This document shows positions 12,380 through 25,692 of a stretch of 64,000 nt of DNA, one piece after another. Position 1 is the first letter of the stretch, and the number at the start of each line of letters is the position of its first letter. This DNA is from Octopus sinensis (Eukaryota). Both the position numbers and the translations under genes were made by a program. The notes beneath the pieces are model-generated. The model searched no databases. It saw nothing but the letters and a program-made list of their open reading frames with translations, and had not been told where the DNA came from. The stretch spans positions 2,914,001-2,978,000 of the forward strand of contig NC_043025.1 in assembly GCF_006345805.1 (NCBI RefSeq), given 5' to 3'.

Positions 12380-14072
12380 GACGGAAATGGAAAATGGATT
12401 TTACAAGATTCGTCAATCACTACGGCCGTTTCAGTTTCAGCCCGTCTTCAATCGGCCACTCACGGATGAGATAATGGTCGAGTGGACATGGTGCATGTTT
12501 CTGTGCAGATGTTTCTCGTCAGTCGACGCTTCAAAAAGCACCTTGCTGAATAAACCCGGTATCGCTCGGTTCGATTATAATGTATTTCGTTATGTTATGA
12601 ACAACAATAGCAACAACAACAACAACAACACAATCAGTAACAACGAGGAAGTCGATGATGAAGAAAAGATAGTAGCAAGAAAACAGACAAGATGGACAAG
12701 CAAAACAATATGACAATTGCGAATGAGGATAGAAATGACAATAAAAATATATCAACGTAAGTAATATCATTACACATATACACAAACGTACGAGGGACAC
12801 GCGTCTTACATTGTGGACGACTGACTACTCTAACATCCTTCCTAAAGAAATTGAAACGGCATAAGCAGCCATCACACTGGACAGTTTGACCGACTTGCCC
12901 CGAGCTATATGTCACTGTACAAATAGAAAATGACGACTTCCAATTTCAGCACGTCATGTAATTGTAGAGTTTAAAATAATTCATATCAATGAAGCAGCAT
13001 CTCAAAAAAGTGAGAATGAATATATTTCTATACGTTCGTTTCTTTTCTTGAAGTGTATATAGATTTTTCAAACGAACTCTGCATAAATATGTATTTCATA
13101 ATATACCCACCTATAGACACGAATACAAACACATATTCTCATTCAATCGTAAACTCATACACAAAATATTAGACATTAATGCTGAAACATACAGACAAAA
13201 CAATTGCAGAGACTTTCATACACACGAATATGGTAGCGGAATATACGTTAGAGATACAGAGAGAAAAAGAAAGATGAGAAGACATGAAATCCCTAGAAAA
13301 ATTTCGTAAATAAAATAATATCAAATAACTTAAGCAACTTACATTTCCTTTAAACTTGGAAGATTTCGAAAGGCTCCTTGTTGGATGGTTGTGATCTGAT
13401 TCTCCACGAAATTTCTGAAACATAAAACACGGGTCAAAAGAAAAAGTATTAAAAAGATTTCTGATAAAATATTAAATCTTGTATCTTTAAAATCATATTA
13501 ATAACAAAAGGACGATGAAGGAGAAAATGGCCGCGATGATGTTGGTGATGATGATGAGGGGGAGGAGGATGGCGATGTTGATGGTAAATGTTGTAATAAG
13601 GACGGTGAGGCGGATTCGGGAGATAATGATGATGATTATTATCGAGAACAACGAGAAAGGCTTCGATGAATTGTGATGACGACGTTGATTATTGCGATGT
13701 TTATAACGAAGGTGATGACGATCTTATAATAATTCTGCTTGTCATTATGTTAATTAGTCCGTCGGTAACGCTTTCTCGTGATTAGAGGAAAAGAGGGAAA
13801 GTGAAGTGTCCATGATATGAGGTTGAAGGAACGTAACTGAAACGCTTTCACGTGATAGGTGAATGCAAAGAGAGACCAAGAGAATAAAAAGGAGAGAGAA
13901 AAGAGGAAGAGGGCATGTGGTAGGGGGAACATAATATTTATTACACTATAAAAAAGTTAGTTGAAGGTAGTGATATTGAGGAGGGTTAGGAATATAATTT
14001 AGGTAGAGGGGTGACGTTCTGATGGTGAGATTAAAGAAAAACATATATATATATAGATATATAGATAGATAG

Positions 14073-14165
<93 letters not shown>

Positions 14166-14340
14166 TAGATAAGAAGGGAAGCTAAGAGAGATGGTGGCAG
14201 TGGTGGTGGGTGATGTGGTAGTAAGTATTTTAAATCCCCTATCACCTAACGCATTATCAGAAATGCAATTCCATGAAATATTAACACTTATATACAGTGT
14301 CATATGTACGACGTATATATATATTACAATTAAATATATA
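12190..14340. repeat. Module A' copy (short type)
   Basis: Collinear with 45360-46830 and 57680-59890; shares anchors with the long module A. Confidence 0.88.
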
Positions 14341-14344
14341 TTAT

Positions 14345-17300
14345 AATGAAAGTACCAGGAGTGTAAATGTACAATTGCGAAAGTGTGAACTACACTTCAG
14401 AAGAAGGGATTATATAAGCGGTTACAATTTTTCCACAAGCAATGAAATAGCTGCACCGTTAAAACAGAGACATTCTTGTGTATCCATGGAATTCACCTGC
14501 GGAGTGAATCGCGTAGACATTGTGCCATCTAGTCCCAATGAGTTATCCACTTCTATTCCCTCATGGAAAGTCCGGATGGCACTGTGAGATTCTACTTGTG
14601 GCGAAACGCAGAACATCCGCTCGCAGACGACTCACGATGTAATTTAGGGTTGTGAGTGCAGTACCTTGGGGACCATCAGGCCCACTTGCTCGTAGAGCAG
14701 AACAGTGGACTTATGGACTACCTGCAGAGAGGAGCTGATGAGAATGTTGAGCGAGGAGCTGTCCTCGGAATATGCATTAATATTATCAGGATGCAATGCC
14801 GATTGCATCAGTGTATGGTAAACAAGACTTAATTGTCACATATACATCCAAACCTAAGTGCCATGAAATAGAAAATAATCTGCAGCGAAATGGGACACCA
14901 GGAAACTGACCAGATTTGGTTGCAAGAGTGTATAAGTTGCATCTCACTGAACGTCTGAAGGATATGAAGGACAGACACGTATTTGATGTATCAATAGCTC
15001 ATGCCCATGTCACCGAGTTTCAAAAGAGAAGGCTTCCACACTGCCATATGCTGGTAGACAAAGTGAAGATCAAAGATGATTTAGTTAAGAAATTCATGAT
15101 ACATGGCCTTTGTATGTAGAATGGCCCTTGCCCCATATGGTTTCCCAAGAACTACAGAAATGAGATACTACTAAATGATAATGGATATCCATAGTACAGG
15201 AGGCACAATAATGGGATCGCAGCACAAGTTGGACTTCAACAAAATTATTCTTTGTGTTGATACGTTTCACCTCCTGAAGCCATGTGGAGAATATCTCAGT
15301 ACAAGCTGCATGACTCCTCTCACACTGTTTGAAGACCGGGAGAAACTGTGCTTTCACAGAGGTAACACTCAGTAACCTACTCAAGAACAGAGATCGATCG
15401 TGACAATACATTCAAACTGAATGAGCACGATGAAAATTAACGGAAATACTTGTGCCCTGACATTCCTTTACGTTATGTATTTGATGAACGTACAAAATCA
15501 TGAACACTCGGGAGAAGAAACAATAACATCGGCAGCAGATTGAACACAGTGAGTCCTAAGGACGTAGAAACATTTCATTTACGATTGCTATTTTGGATGT
15601 TCCAGGCTCTAAGGGCTTTGAAGAGGTGAGCAGTGTAGGAGGTGAAATCTATGCTACATTTAAAGATGCGTACATATGACTTACTCCAAAATTATGTGAT
15701 GTTGGAGCATGCCATACTTAAAGGTGCTGCATACCGGATGGCATTTCAGCCGCGTATCATTTTCGTTGTTCTTTGCACCTATTCAAATCCTTCTAATGTC
15801 CTTCGACTGAGGAACAATCACAAGAATACCATAATGGTAGATTATGCTCAGCGAGGGTTGAATGCATACTCTACACTCTATAAATTCTATGCAAATTGAA
15901 AATGGCATTAGCTGCCTTAATATTGGCTTGTCTGAACCAGTTCGAGTGTAACGGGTAGGGCATAAACATGACATGAACCATCGCGGCATTGCAACTGTTA
16001 CCGATGAAGCAGAGAGTGATCGCTGATGCAATCATTGAAGACAGTTGATAAGAAAAGGTGAGGTGAGGTGCTGGAATGTTCCTGCTTCTATGCAGATGTT
16101 CCTGGAGGTTGGGACAAGACTTACATATTTCATACGCTGATCTCACATCTACGAAGGAGAAACTATCAAGTGGTGCGTGCAGAGGCATAGCTTCAACATT
16201 GATGTCTGGTGAAAGGACGGTGCATAGTTTGCTCAAATTGCCCGTTCCTCTGTTGGAAACTAGCTTTTGAAATGTACCACCCACCTCTGACCAGAAATTA
16301 TTTGAGAAATTTGTATTTGATCATTATAGATCAGGCTTCCATGATCCCTCGTTATGCTTTTCATGCTAATGACAAAGCTCTGAAAGAAATCACTGGCAAC
16401 AATGAAGGTTTCGGTTGAAAAGTTGTGCTCATTGGTAGAGACTTCAGGCAAGTTCTGCCAATATTGCCAAGAGGAACTCGTGAGGCAGTAATTCAGATCT
16501 CCATTAAGAACTCTCCTCTCTGGTTACACTTCAGACATTTATATGTTGAGCCAAAATAGAGCAATAACAGGTCGAAGAGAATTTGCAGCATGGCCACTAC
16601 TCTTTGACTATGGCACCACAACGCTTATGCAAGATCCAAGCGAGTCAGTGATGATGTAGAAGTGCTACGTGATTCATGCTTTAATGGGTCGCTGATAAAT
16701 GATGCTTTTTGGCAATGCCCCTCAAGAACAAAGAACAAGTAGAGTGATACTCTCACCAAAAAATTCAGACTGCTTAAAGATAAACGAAGGGGTTATGGAT
16801 AAACTCCCATGGGACCAGTGCTTTTATTATAGCATGGATAAGGTCTTCACAGATGACCTGCTGAAGCTGAGCGATATCCACTGGAATTTCTGATTTCATG
16901 GACACCATCTGGAATGCCACTTCCTAGATTGCATCTGAAACCTGACTCCATAAAAATGCTCCTGGGGAATATTTCAATTCAAAATGGTCTCTATAAAGGA
17001 ACAAGACTGGTAGTGGAGGCCCTCCATCAAAACTCGATTGAAGCCTCAATAATAAGTGGCACATTGATCGGAAGACGTATTCTCATTCACGGGATAAGGC
17101 TGGCACTGAGACACCTAATCCCGTTCGCTTGACATTCACAATGACTATCAATAAATCACATGAGCAGACATTTGAAAAACTGGAGCTATTCTTGCCTGAA
17201 CCTGCGTATTAATGGTCAGCTATATGTTGTTTCCCAAGATCTCACAAACATTATCTGATATTAAAGTTAAAGTTTTCAACACTGACAAACAAGGGAAAAG

Positions 17301-17351
17301 AAGAGGGAGAAGTTACGCGAACAACAGAATCTGTAACGAAGTATTGGATTG
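14345..17351 (+). mobile_element. Helitron family H1 RepHel relic (copy a)
   Basis: Motifs YNFSTSNEIAA; MSYPLLFPHGKSGWH; PDLVARVY; TEFQKRRLPHCH (HUH motif); GIASTLMSGERTVHSLLKLPVP and IIIDQASM (PIF1-like helicase). Many stops and frameshifts. Confidence 0.9.
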
Positions 17352-17951
17352 AAAGGTGTACACAAATTGAAATATATATAAGCTCTGATGCACCGCCCTT
17401 CTTATGAACTACCAACGATGTGGCTTTCAGACGATGCCATGTTGCATTAAATTTTCAACCCTATGTTTTACCTATAAAATCATTTTTTACTATAATATTT
17501 TTGTTTTCTTGATATGAATTTGAGGCCATGTAAAATTTAAAATGTAATTTTTTTCTCTCTATGGGGTATATGGAAAAAATATTAAATTTTTATTTTATGA
17601 TTGCTGTGTATTAAGTCTATAAAATCGTACATGAAGTATATAAAGTACATATATAAAGTGCATTAAGTAATCATCGTATTTCAGTTTCCTTCAATTTTCA
17701 TTGAATAGCAGATGAGAAACATTCTTTTCATACACACACAACACAGTCTACGCTTTCAGATTTTTTGGATAAATTTTTCAGGAGTCACCGAAAAGTTTTA
17801 TAATTAATTCCGTGGAATATTCATGGATCCCGCTACTGAAATAATAAATGTTGAGTATTAAGAATCAGATGAAGTGAGAAAAGAGGACAATGAGATAGAA
17901 GGGTGAGACGATGATGACAATCAATATTATGATCGTGGTAATGACGACGAA

Positions 17952-17982
<31 letters not shown>

Positions 17983-18191
17983 TCGATCATAAATACGATG
18001 TTGAAGGTTGTTATGATGGTGACGATGAATATGACGAGAAAGCGGATGAGAATGTTGATATTGATATTATCACTGAATATTCTAACAATTCAGATGAAAA
18101 AGAAGAGGTGGAGAACGATGGGATGAGGATGAAAAGAAGAAATCCTGCAGATTACTCAATAGTTCAACGGAGGTATTTTCTTTTTCGTTGA

Positions 18192-18680
18192 TCTTTAGCT
18201 TCATGTTAACATCCACTGGGCAGCTGATTTCCACAAGTGTACACAGTTTCTCTCCTCAATTCCAAAACACCATGTCAGGACTATTGTGTTTACATTACAT
18301 TGGGATTTCCCCTGGGACATTCCGGCAACACTCCATTTTATTGGTAGCGGTTTTAGCTTGTACCATATTGTGGGATTTTATTTCTTTATCTTTGGAATTA
18401 ATCATCCGACGGATCTCATTATACAGTGTCCTAGCTACATCATGTCACATCGGTAGATAAAATCATGATGACATTTTCGGACAACTGCTTGTAATATGGG
18501 TGATATCTTCGGTGTTACCGCCACGTAATCTGCATCGGCTGTCACGCTTTACTGCTTTGCCTGCACCTTTGTCCCTTTTGTGCATCAGATGTTTGGTTGA
18601 TATTTCCTGTTCCTGGATTGCAAACGGATACCCTTCAAATTAGGAGATAGTAATCCGGTTGTTGGACCATGTATTTATGT
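18192..18680 (-). mobile_element. R2/R4-superfamily non-LTR retrotransposon C-terminal fragment (CCHC plus restriction-like endonuclease)
   Basis: The minus strand translates AIQEQEISTK..CRLRGGNTEDITHITSSCPKM..HDVA..KHNSPDMVFWN..LVEISCPVDVN, matching the CCHC and R/K-P-D..E RLE signature. It contains stops. Confidence 0.75.
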
Positions 18681-18919
18681 ATGTACGTATGAACCTACCT
18701 TTTATCTCTTCCCTGTTCTAGCCAGTAGACGGCGACCATACTGGAGTATCGCGTTAAAGAGTATTACTCGAACAAATCGAACTCATTACTTATTTTTATA
18801 AAGTTTGCTACTTATTCTATCAATCCCATTTGCTGAAGCGTTAATTTGCAGAGACGCAAACAGACCACCACCTTTGAGCTTGTTTTTGTCCCCTACCATC
18901 CGTTGACAATATATATGTA

Positions 18920-19170
18920 TATATATCTAAAACATCAAATCCGTTCTGTCTGTCTGTTTGTGCGCTTATAACTCGAGTATTTTTCATCCAATCGCACTGA
19001 AATTTTAAACATGGACGCATGAGAGAGCAGGGTGTTCCGTAATCTAAAAAGATTTTCAAACTTGCTGGTTTCAAAATGAGAATCGCTATTTTTGTAATCT
19101 TTTCGTCCTGTTTTTCCGCCATTAAAAGCAACGAGCTTGTTCAGAGAGCCAGCACATACCATTTAGCTAG
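18920..19170 (+). mobile_element. Probable non-autonomous Helitron-like element
   Basis: AT-rich start, ctgtctgtctgtttg microsatellite, catccaatcgcactgaaatttt core and CTAG at 19167-19170. The layout resembles invertebrate non-autonomous Helitrons; the 3' hairpin is weak. Confidence 0.45.
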
Positions 19171-19435
19171 CAACAAGTGGCGTACATGATGACAGTCAGC
19201 CAAAACCATCGCTATGCTGTCTCTCTTTTTTCCTCTCTCTGTCTCTCCTATGATGTCCGATTCCACTTGAAGTTGTATATATATTGTGTTAAAATTCGTT
19301 TTTAATCATTTATCCTTATGGAGAAGAAACAGACAATTTGTATATTCAAATTCCTTATTCTCTCTGTCTCTCTCTCTCACTGTTTCTTTCTTTCATTCTT
19401 TCTTTCTTTCTTTCTCTCTTTCGCTTTCTCTCTCA

Positions 19436-19466
<31 letters not shown>

Positions 19467-19689
19467 CTTATAAATTGAAGATATACACGTTAAAATATTA
19501 TTTGTTATAAATATTTCTATATGTATATGTTAGGGTGTGTGTGTGTGTGTATGTACATGTATATATATTCAAATAAATGATATCTCTCTTATCCACAGAT
19601 CCGATTCACAGATCCTTGATGATCCTACTAATGGGCAGAAAAGACACACGAAACAGAAAACAAACCTCTATGAATAAATTATGTAAATG

Positions 19690-19850
19690 TTCCGCCCTGT
19701 GATTTTTATTTGTTCCTCAAGCTGAAGAAGTTGAAGGAGACTGTAACAAGGGTCCTGGAGACACTTCCTTTCGTGGATTTCTATGGAATCTTCACTAAGT
19801 GGCTGGAAAGCTAGACCAACTGTGTTGACGTTAGAGCATGCTACTAGGAA
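19690..19850 (+). mobile_element. Mariner transposase C-terminal fragment (different family)
   Basis: PCDFYLFLKLK..ETVTRVLETL..DFYGIFTKWLES*TNCVDV resembles the mariner C-terminus. Confidence 0.65.
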
Positions 19851-20849
19851 GGTAATTCGTGTTGTGTACCTCTCTGGTACAAACAAATGTCTCCCCTGAA
19901 AATGATTCAAAACTTCTAGAATGCACCTTTTCTAAGCAGAATGGTTGCTGATGTTACCAATGTACAGAACTGCTTTAATGGTAATTTATATTTCGAACAT
20001 TGTGATTGTGGAGACACGCTTGCATTTTAGTATAGATGAGAGTTCAGATTAGCTCTGTAGATTATTTTTCGAAAGCTGTGCCGTAAGGGGTTCCACAGTT
20101 TAATGTGCCCCTTGGTTATCCAAACGATAATCGATGCGTGATGAAGAACTGATTTTAGTATAAGTCATTTACGCAATTCGGTAGCTTAATAACACCTACG
20201 TTTGATAGGTCCGAAGACGTCAGTAGTAATACTGTTTGGAAACATGGTGGTTCTGTCCACTGACATGACACAGGTTCCTCTGTCAAGCATCATGTCTATG
20301 TTACCGTTGGTGAATGAATGAGGTTCAATCTAAGACTACGCCTGTGATATTGTTTCCTATGGCTTCATCTCTATGCGTAAATTGAAAGAAGTATGGGTGC
20401 TATGCCTTGCCAAAGTGCAATCCATGTTTGGTCGTACAATGTTTTATCCATATTCACCATACCCAAACCCTAACCCTAACCGTAAACCTATATTTGGAGG
20501 CTGTTCCCCACTCTACTGCGTACAGTATACTCTCTCAAAGCACACATATTCATAGCTGGGCATAATTCGCTAAGGATTATGACTTCATAACAGGCACCTT
20601 AATTTCACTAACTGTTTTAGCTATCGAAGTAGTCGCGAGTTGACATTGACATCCTTTCGTATTGCCCACCCTTGTATCTAACTATCACAACTAACTCTCG
20701 GTTGATGCAACGTGAAATGAAATGACTTAATCTAAGTAATAACGTCATTCATTTCAGGAATTGATCGCGGGATATTATGATCATCAGCTGAACTTCCAAA
20801 ACAAGTATGCCATATAACTTCATACATGCTCCACCACACAATCTTCTTG

Positions 20850-21560
20850 AGATACTTCGACCAGAAATTGAAATCAATCCCTCATATGCAACAAGCTTTA
20901 GAAGAGTACCTCTCTATTAAATAATTTTGTTGAATTCAAATGTGGAATCCATTTTTTCGCATCACGTCTAGATTTCAAGATACCCAAACCCTGGATTTTC
21001 ACTATTTTCCTCATATTTCTGGGAAATATATTGTGAAAGGTAGTACGAATGTCTATTATGGTTTATCGATTATTTTATTAAAGGTCTGGTGTAGCGAGCA
21101 TTAGCCCCAGGGTATTTTAATGTGAATGAACAGACTTTAGTTCAGCCGGAGAAAATCATCCAACATCCACTTCTTATCAAGGCAGATTGCAATTAAATAC
21201 GATGCTGGGCTATTGAGGTTCAGCACTAAAGAAAACCATTCAAACACAAATTCATGAAAAAGTAGGCATGAACAATAATGTAAACTGTCTGTAGAAATTT
21301 AGAGATATTTGCTAGCTTTTCAGTAGAATTTCAAAAAATCGTAGTTTTGAAGACAATGCAATTTCTATGTATATTAGTACGTTCTTCATAAGCTGGTTTA
21401 TTCAAAAACAAAACAAAGACATTCTGTGGATCCAGTATTTTAAAATTCTGATGTGATCGTATTAAATTGATGTCCGTTTCGGATTCTGTGTGTCAAAAGA
21501 CTCCCAGTTCGATATTTCCAAAGTATTGTCTTGAATAAAGTTCAAATTGTTTATACACCA
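20850..21560 (+). mobile_element. Very degenerate DNA transposase relic, possibly Chapaev3/CMC-type
   Basis: PGYFNVNEQTLVQPEKIIQHPLLIK resembles the PG.KNV...LV.P.KI.LPPLHIK motif. Flanking matches are weak, and the family name is from memory. Confidence 0.35.
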
Positions 21561-21594
21561 AGAACGGGGATTTATATTTTCATAACGTTGAATA

Positions 21595-21900
21595 CTGACA
21601 GAGAGAAAAGGAGGGAGAGAAAAAGAGGGTAAGAGAAGCGTCTATAACGTGTGGTAGGGGGAACGTAATAGTAATTACGTTGTTAAAAATGTTAGTTGAA
21701 GGTAGTGATATAGAGGAGAGTGAGAAACAGAATTGTAGCAGAGGATCGATGTTCTGATGGTGAGATTAAAGAAAGGCAGCGAAAGAGAGAGAGAGAGATG
21801 ATGATGATGCTGAATGTGTTGGTGGTGTTAGTGGTGGTGGTGGTGGTGGTGGTGGTGGAGGTTGCGTTGGTGAGTGTATGTGAAGAGTGTAATGTTCTTA
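21595..21900. repeat. Diverged fragment of the module A tail
   Basis: gtggtagggggaacgtaata..gttagttgaaggtagtgata..gttctgatggtgagattaaa matches the module A/A' tails. Confidence 0.7.
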
Positions 21901-22214
21901 ATTGATATATTTTTTTAATACCGCCTATTACTTAAAGCATGCGCATAAGTGCAATCGTCTGCTCGCTTGACAAATGCTATTAGTTTATAAACCAAAGATG
22001 AGAGACGATGTAATCGAACAACAGAAAGAATGAAACCAAATGGGCAATGGCACCAAGAGAAGCAGAGGGTCTTATCCAGAAGGACTGAAGGTGTTTTAAA
22101 ACGACAATTATGTAGAATATACAATTTATAAAGGAGCGCTAACTTTTATGTCAGTTGTATTATTGCTCTGGTAATATAAGTTACTTTTATTAAACATTAC
22201 TCGTTCAGGAACTT

Positions 22215-22362
22215 TATATATACGACGGATTTCCTTCAGTTACCGTGTACCCAATTAACCAACATAAACGGGTTTGTTCGGTTGGAGACCAGAGTACACG
22301 CAGAAGGAATGAATACAGAAGCAAAATTCTTATCACACAGCCTTGCCAACGCCTAAGTGTAT

Positions 22363-22424
<62 letters not shown>

Positions 22425-22659
22425 ACACACAAACAGACTACACACACACATATGACGGAAATGGAAAATGGATATTACGAGATTCATAAATCATTACTGC
22501 CGTTTCAACCCGTCTTCAATCGGCCCCTCACGGATGAGATAATGGTCAATTGGCCGCGGTGCATCTTTCTTTGCAGATGTTTTTCATCAGTTGACATTTG
22601 AAAATGTATTCTGCTCAATAAACTCAGTTTCACTTGGTTCGATTATAATGTATTTCGTT

Positions 22660-22746
<87 letters not shown>

Positions 22747-22774
22747 GAAGTAGAAGAAGGAGAAGAAGGAGAAG

Positions 22775-22806
<32 letters not shown>

Positions 22807-23516
22807 GAAGAAGAAGAAGAAGAAGAAGAAGAAGAGAAGAAGAAGAAGAAGAAGAAGAAGAAGAAGAAGAAGAAGAAGAAGAAGAAGAAGAAGAAGAAGA
22901 AGAAGAAGAACTACAAAAACAACAACAACATCAACAATAAGAGCGAAGAAGTTTCCTCGGAAAATTTCATAAATAAAACAATATCAAAAAACTTAAGCAA
23001 CATACAATCTCTGTAAACTTGGAAGATTTTGAAAGCATCCTTGTTGGATGGTTCTGATTTTATTCACACTGAGATCTCTGAAAAATAAAATACAGTTCAA
23101 AAGAAAGAGTATTAAAAAGATTTCTTATAAAATATTAAATCTTGTATCTTTAGAATCATATTAATAAAAAGAGGACGGTGATGAAGAAAATGGCCGCGAT
23201 GATGTTGATGATGATTAGGAGGAGGAGTATTCCGATGTTGATTGTAAATGTTGTAATAATGACGGGGAGAAGGAAAAGTGGGATAATGATAATGATTATT
23301 ATCAAAAACGATGACAAACGCTACCGATATTTGGTGATGACGACGTTGATTATTATGAGGTTCATAACGAAGGTGATGATGATTCTGCATGCTAGAAATA
23401 GCAGAGTAAATGAGGGAAGGAAGTAGTTATGATGACATGATAAATTATAACGATTAGTGAATACGAAAATATGATTAGCAGAAGGACTATGAATATGATA
23501 GCGATGAAGATGATAC

Positions 23517-23584
<68 letters not shown>

Positions 23585-24397
23585 GGTGACGTTCGTGACG
23601 ACGATGACGATGAAAAATGTGATGAAAAATTAGAAATTGATAAGAATAACGAAGAAGGTGAAGGGAAATAAATCGTAGAACGGATAAATACAGAGAAATA
23701 GAAGAAGAAGAAGAAGAAGAAGAAGAAGAAGAAGAAGAAGAAGAAGAAGAAGAAGAAGAAGAAGAAGAAGAAGAAGAAGAAGAAGAAGAAGAAGAAGAAG
23801 AAGAAGAAGAAGAAGAAGAAGAAGCGAAAATGATTCATGAAGAGAGGAGACAGCAGTTGATTAAAAGCAGAAGAACCAGAATATGATGAACAAGATGAAT
23901 GTAGAGAAATATTGTGAAGAAGACGATAAATGCAGGAAAAGAAGATATATTAGGACAAGAAAAATAACGTGGAATATCTGAAAGTGGGAATAAAAGAATA
24001 TAAATACAAATACAGTAGTCACACATCAAACAAACACAAATACACAGAGATATATATATGTGTACATTCATATATCCACCTATATATACCTTATCAAGCC
24101 CTGATGTATAAACGCACACACTCACTTCCAGGCCACACATATATTCCCACTTTCTTACACACAGGCAAACATAAATTGGAAGACAATATGAATTGTAGAA
24201 GAATGAGGGTAAATAAAGAAGATAAGAGAGACATTTAGTTTGTGGAAATGACATTGGATGACATATCGTGATCTTATTATGAAGAAGATGACTAACATAA
24301 GAGAAAGTCTCCCGCCCCTAAGCCCTAGACCATCACCTAATCACCCTTATCCGTCTTGTTGCTTAACAACAACAACAGCAGCAGCAACAGCAGCTGC

Positions 24398-24447
<50 letters not shown>

Positions 24448-25050
24448 AAGAAGAAGAAGGAGAAGAAGAAGGAGGAGGAGGAGGAGAAGGAGAAGAAGAT
24501 GATGGTGATGATGATGATAACGATGATAAGCAACAACAACAGCAACAACATTAAAACAACAATAAGAGAAGTGGCAGAAAATGTAGGAGCTGAAGAGGAG
24601 AATGATGTAAAAAATAAGGAGGAAACGAAGGAGTCTGTCATGAAGAAAACTTAAATATAATATTTCTGATCTTATAATAATTCTGCTTGTCATTATGTTA
24701 ATTAGTCCGTCGGTAACGCTTTCTCGTGATTAGAGAAAAAGAGGGAGAACGAAAAAGAGCGAAAGAGAAATGTCCATGACCTGAGGTAGAAGGAACGTGA
24801 CTGTAATGCTTTCACGTGATTAGTTGAATGGAAAAAGAGACCAAGAGAAAGAAAAAGGAATGAGAAAACGAAAGTAAGTCGAAGAGTGGAGCAGAAAGAG
24901 AGGGAGAGGGATAGAAGGGGAGAGAGAAAATATTTATTACGTGAAGAAAAATTTAGTTGACGGTAGCAATATTGAGGAGGGAATATAATTTTAGCTGAAC
25001 GGTGATTTTCTGATGGTGAGATTAAAGGAGGGCAGATAGGTCGATAAATA
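22215..25050. repeat. Module A copy 3 (long type)
   Basis: Collinear with 34505-39130 and 53630-56490; long (AAT)n, (GAA)n, (GAT)n and (TAG)n tracts. Confidence 0.9.
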
Positions 25051-25054
25051 GATA

Positions 25055-25231
25055 GCAATTCGCGCCCCTGTTCATCTACCAGAGACTGAATGGTGACTTT
25101 GTTGCCCTGTTGCGCCTCTGCCATCCGGGCTTCTCTCACGGCTCTAACACCTTCGTTCCTTAGGGCACGCATCCTAGCTCTGTTTGGCGTTGAAGTGTTG
25201 GTCGAGGGCCAACCTCACCGCCAAAACGTCG

Positions 25232-25232
<1 letters not shown>
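25055..25232 (-). mobile_element. L1/Tx1-like ORF2 linker fragment
   Basis: GC-rich island reading RARMRALRNEGVRAVREARMAEAQQGNKVTIQSLVDEQGREL, like the EN-RT linker of L1/Tx1 ORF2. Confidence 0.5.
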
Positions 25233-25289
<57 letters not shown>

Positions 25290-25692
25290 GCGAGAGAGAC
25301 AGCGAGAGACATACATACATACTTATATATACATACATACGTAGATAAAAAGAATAATTTTAAAAATCGGTATGCTAATGACGTAGCCTCCCTCCGACAT
25401 AAGGACACAAGCAAAGCTACAAAGTTTGCTACCTATTCTTTATTAACATTTTGCTATCATTCCAGCCCTTTAATTTAAGAGCTAAGAAGGATTACACTTT
25501 CACCTTTTCTACTTTTTAAATTTTAGATTTTTTGTGTTTTCATTTTTTTTTTTTTTTAACTTTCTACATTTTCTATATGCTGTATTCTCAGTTTTCTCAA
25601 GTTTCTTCTCTTATTCATTTTTCTTTAGTTCGTAATGATATGTTATTTGTGCCTGGTGCATATGTTTGAGATATCCCTCAACATATGAAACA

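Noticed and set aside
20128-20152. gatgaagaac motif reminiscent of 5.8S rRNA
   Set aside because: Only about 10 nt match, with no rDNA context.
20460-20490. (CCCTAA)-like telomeric repeats
   Set aside because: Two to three imperfect units; too short to indicate a telomere or fusion scar.
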